From Deltaproteobacteria bacterium (GTDB lineage: Bacteria; Myxococcota_A; UBA9160; SMWR01): 64,000 nt of DNA. Positions within the stretch are counted from its first letter, which is position 1; each line of letters opens with the position of its first letter. Under the pieces are notes generated by a model. That model had not been told where the DNA came from, made no database searches, and was given only the letters and a program-made list of their open reading frames with translations. The stretch covers positions 1 through 64,000 of the forward strand of contig JAQBHB010000093.1 in the NCBI GenBank assembly GCA_032128115.1, read 5' to 3'. Position numbers and translations under genes: made by a program. Of this stretch, positions 61,292 to 64,000 are shown one piece after another.

Positions 61292-62935
61292 TCAGGGCGT
61301 GTCGTCGGGGTCGTCGGCGACGACGCAGTTCTTGCCCTGGTCCTTGGCGCGGTAGAGTGCGCGGTCGGCCGCCTTGAAGAAGTGCTTGCGGTTGCCGTCG
61401 AACTGGGCGGCGCCCACGGAGACCGTGAGGCGCATGGGCCGCATGGACTCGTCGAGGATGAACGAGGCTTCCTGGATGGCGGTGCGCACCTTCTCTCCCA
61501 GCTGGTAGGCGCCCTCCAGGTCGGTGTTGGAGCACAGCACCACGAACTCTTCGCCTCCGTAGCGGGCCAGCAGGTCGGTCTCGCGCACCGAATTCATCAG
61601 GATCCGCGCCATGCCGCTCAGGAATTCGTCGCCCGCCGCGTGTCCCAGGCGGTCGTTGAGGCTCTTGAAATCGTCGATATCGATGATCAGCATGGACAGC
61701 GGCTCGTTCACGCGCCCCACACGCTTGATCTCGCGGGTAAGGTGGTCCTGGAAATAGCGGTGGTTGTGGAGCTTGGTGAGTCCGTCCGTGATGGAGAGCT
61801 GGGACAGCACCTCGTTGGCCTGCTCGAGTGACGTGTTTCGATCGCGCAGCTTCCGTTCGGTGGAGTCGATCTCGACCTGCTTCCGGCGCAGCTGACGCAC
61901 CATGTCGTTGAAGACCCGCGTGAGGAGCGAGATCTCGTCGTTCCGCCTGGGCTCGGGAATCTCCACATCGAAACGGCCCTGGGCGATGCGTCGGGCCCCG
62001 TCGGAGAGGGTTTCGATGGGCTTGACCGCCGTTGTGGTGATCGAGAAGGCCAGGAATCCGAAGAAAAGGAGGATGGCGAGATCCACTGCGAAGGTCTGGG
62101 TCACCACCTTCATCAGCGGCTCGAAGGCCCGTTCGAAGGGGACCTCGGCCGCCAGGTGCCAACCCAACGCGCCAAGGGGCGCGGCGCCGCCAAGCACCTG
62201 GCGCCCGTTCACGTCCTTGTAGTCGCGAAGCCCGGGCTCGCCGCTGACCAGGGTCGCTAGAGCGAGACCCGTGCGGCCCTCGCCCGCGCCGGCTCCCACC
62301 AGGACGCGTCCCCGGGCGTCCAACAGGTAGGTGGCGTCGGCCTCGGGCGGGCCGGCTTGTGCCAGGACCGCGCGCACGACGGAGGGCCGTAGCGTTCCCA
62401 CCAGGGCGCCCAGTCGTCGCGTCCCGGTCCCGATGGGAACCGCGATCACGCCGCCGTAGGGGTCCAGATTCGAAGCCAGGGCCCAGGGGCCGTCGCCCTC
62501 CTGCTGGGGAAAACTCCGCTCCAGGACCTCCGACGGCAGCGCCTGGGCGGCGCCGATCGCCATTCGCAGGGCGTGGTTCCGATCCACGACAGCAAGGCCC
62601 GAGAAGTAGTCCGACGCCGCGAGCAACCGCTCGCCGGTGGCCGCCAGCGGAGCCAACCGGCCGGAGCGTTGACGTGCCATGCCCGGGTTTTGAGCCTGCC
62701 TGCGCAGCTCGCGTTCGGCCGCTTCCAGCAGGCTCCGGACGTCTTGCGCGGAGACCGCCAACTCGGCCGGGTAGGACCGATCCAGCGCGGCCTGCAACTG
62801 GGTACGGGCCGACCAGATCGAGATCCAGCTCACCCCCCCCCCGGTCGTCAGTGTCGACAGGAAGACGAACAGGATGATCTTGCTGGCCAGTCCGCTGAGC
62901 GGCGGCCGAGCGAGTTCCAGATGCCGTTCCGGCAT
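61292..62935 (-). CDS. Membrane-anchored diguanylate cyclase (periplasmic sensor + HAMP + GGDEF)
   Basis: Two TM helices, HAMP (RNDEISLL...FN.M), D.LTKLHN, DIDDFK..ND..GH..GD, RxxD I-site (RETD), GGEEF. Confidence 0.93.
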   Translation of the reverse strand: MPERHLELARPPLSGLASKIILFVFLSTLTTGGGVSWISIWSARTQLQAALDRSYPAELAVSAQDVRSLLEAAERELRRQAQNPGMARQRSGRLAPLAATGERLLAASDYFSGLAVVDRNHALRMAIGAAQALPSEVLERSFPQQEGDGPWALASNLDPYGGVIAVPIGTGTRRLGALVGTLRPSVVRAVLAQAGPPEADATYLLDARGRVLVGAGAGEGRTGLALATLVSGEPGLRDYKDVNGRQVLGGAAPLGALGWHLAAEVPFERAFEPLMKVVTQTFAVDLAILLFFGFLAFSITTTAVKPIETLSDGARRIAQGRFDVEIPEPRRNDEISLLTRVFNDMVRQLRRKQVEIDSTERKLRDRNTSLEQANEVLSQLSITDGLTKLHNHRYFQDHLTREIKRVGRVNEPLSMLIIDIDDFKSLNDRLGHAAGDEFLSGMARILMNSVRETDLLARYGGEEFVVLCSNTDLEGAYQLGEKVRTAIQEASFILDESMRPMRLTVSVGAAQFDGNRKHFFKAADRALYRAKDQGKNCVVADDPDDTP

Positions 62936-63125
62936 GCCCCGAATCTTCCCCTCCGAAGGCTGATATCGACGCGCCCGGCAACCTGCTTGACTCCTGTCGC
63001 ATCTCAGCTGCTCTTGAAAAGCGGCGCTGTTTCCGATACTTAGCCAGAGTCGCCAGGGAGTTCGGCGGCGATCCCGGTGAAATCCGATAACCCCTCGCAA
63101 TACCGACGGATTTCCCAGAAAGGGT

Positions 63126-63154
63126 TTGCGTGGACCGAGGGGCTCCAGTATATT
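63126..63154 (+). promoter_or_regulatory. Sigma70-type promoter upstream of pheA
   Basis: TTGCGT-17 bp-TATATT. Confidence 0.55.
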
Positions 63155-63242
63155 GCGCGAGTCTTTTCAATGGGTTAGCGGACTTTCCGCATCTGGTGGG
63201 AGGTGCGCCCCTCTTCCTCCAATCCGCAGCGCCCGGCATGCG

Positions 63243-64000
63243 ATGACGGAAGAGACGATGGCCGAGCCCGGACAGTCGAGCCCCACAGCCGTTTCGGACG
63301 CCGAAACGGAGTTGGCCGGCCTGCGTCGCCGCATCGACGAGGTGGATCAGAAGATTCTGGAGCAACTCAACGATCGCGCCCGCCTGGTTCAGGAGGTGGG
63401 GGAGTTCAAGAAGGGCTGCGGGACGTCGGTCTATGCCGCTGCGCGCGAGCGTGAGATCGTCGAGCGGCTCGAAGCCGCCAATCCAGGCCCGTTCCCCGCC
63501 GCCGGACTGGGACCCGTGTTTCGCGAGATCATCTCTTCCACCCGGTCTCTGGAGTCGGTCCTGCAGGTGGCGTACCTGGGGCCTGCGGGAACCTTCAGTC
63601 ACCTGGCGGCGACCCAGCAGTTCGGGAATCTGGCGGAACTCATCCCGGTGTCTTCGCTCGCCGACGTGTTCGCGGCCGTCGAGCGCGGTCGTGCCGATCT
63701 GGGGATCGTGCCCGTGGAGAACACCACCCAGGGGGTGGTCACCGAGACCCTGGACGCGTTTGCCAACTTCGATCTCACCGTCTGCGGCGAAGCCCTGCTG
63801 CGGATCTCCCAGGATCTCTTCTCGCGCAGCGGTCGTCTGGAAGACGTGCGCCGCGTGGCGTCGCACCCGCAGCCGCTCGCCCAGTGCCGACACTGGCTGG
63901 ATCGCAACCTGGCGGATGCAGAACGCGTCGAGACGGCCAGCACCTCGGCCGCCGCGCAGGCCGCCGCCGAGGACGAAAGCGTTGCCGCCATCGGAAGCGC
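63243..64000 (+). CDS. pheA: Chorismate mutase/prephenate dehydratase (partial, runs off the window)
   Basis: LRRRIDEVD..IL..LNDRA, VY...RE, FREIIS, VAYLGPAGTFSH.A, GIVPVENTTQG.V, SHPQPLAQC..WL. Confidence 0.93.
   Translation, partial: MTEETMAEPGQSSPTAVSDAETELAGLRRRIDEVDQKILEQLNDRARLVQEVGEFKKGCGTSVYAAAREREIVERLEAANPGPFPAAGLGPVFREIISSTRSLESVLQVAYLGPAGTFSHLAATQQFGNLAELIPVSSLADVFAAVERGRADLGIVPVENTTQGVVTETLDAFANFDLTVCGEALLRISQDLFSRSGRLEDVRRVASHPQPLAQCRHWLDRNLADAERVETASTSAAAQAAAEDESVAAIGS

Noticed and set aside
62834..62842. C9 run in the diguanylate cyclase gene as a phase-variation site
   Set aside because: The frame is intact (Gly codons) and nothing in the sequence alone indicates variation.

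Overview
High-GC bacterial chromosomal segment, most likely Myxococcota or a related deltaproteobacterial lineage (inferred from an mglC-like/sgmX-like/ExeA motility locus). From left to right: (1) mglC-like, aroQ, lipoate ligase, sgmX-like TPR and ExeA ATPase genes; (2) a tRNA-Gly(CCC) whose 3' end recurs exactly twice downstream (8376, 10237), bracketing two ~2-kb integrase-free cargo segments; (3) a standalone MshEN protein, GT-C glycosyltransferases and a fused MFS/spermidine-synthase-like gene; (4) a type IV minor-pilin cluster with sigma54-type promoters (fimU-pilV-pilW-lipoprotein-pilY1-pilX), where PilY1 has an ice-binding-like N-terminal domain; (5) LolA-like, MMPL and MFS transporters, a P-II gene with sigma54/NtrC-type sites, a selenocysteine-containing selD, pyk, a CDF transporter and a Ser/Thr kinase; (6) a four-domain FGGY kinase/2-hydroxyacid dehydrogenase/SCP2/class II aldolase fusion broken by a one-base homopolymer frameshift; (7) an unannotated 42-aa PqqA-like peptide with no pqq enzymes in the window; (8) housekeeping genes (queG, dcd, ccdA/tlpA, crp-like, lptD, trpEGDCFBA, coaE, a GGDEF cyclase, partial pheA). 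All family assignments come from motif recognition by eye; no database searches were run.
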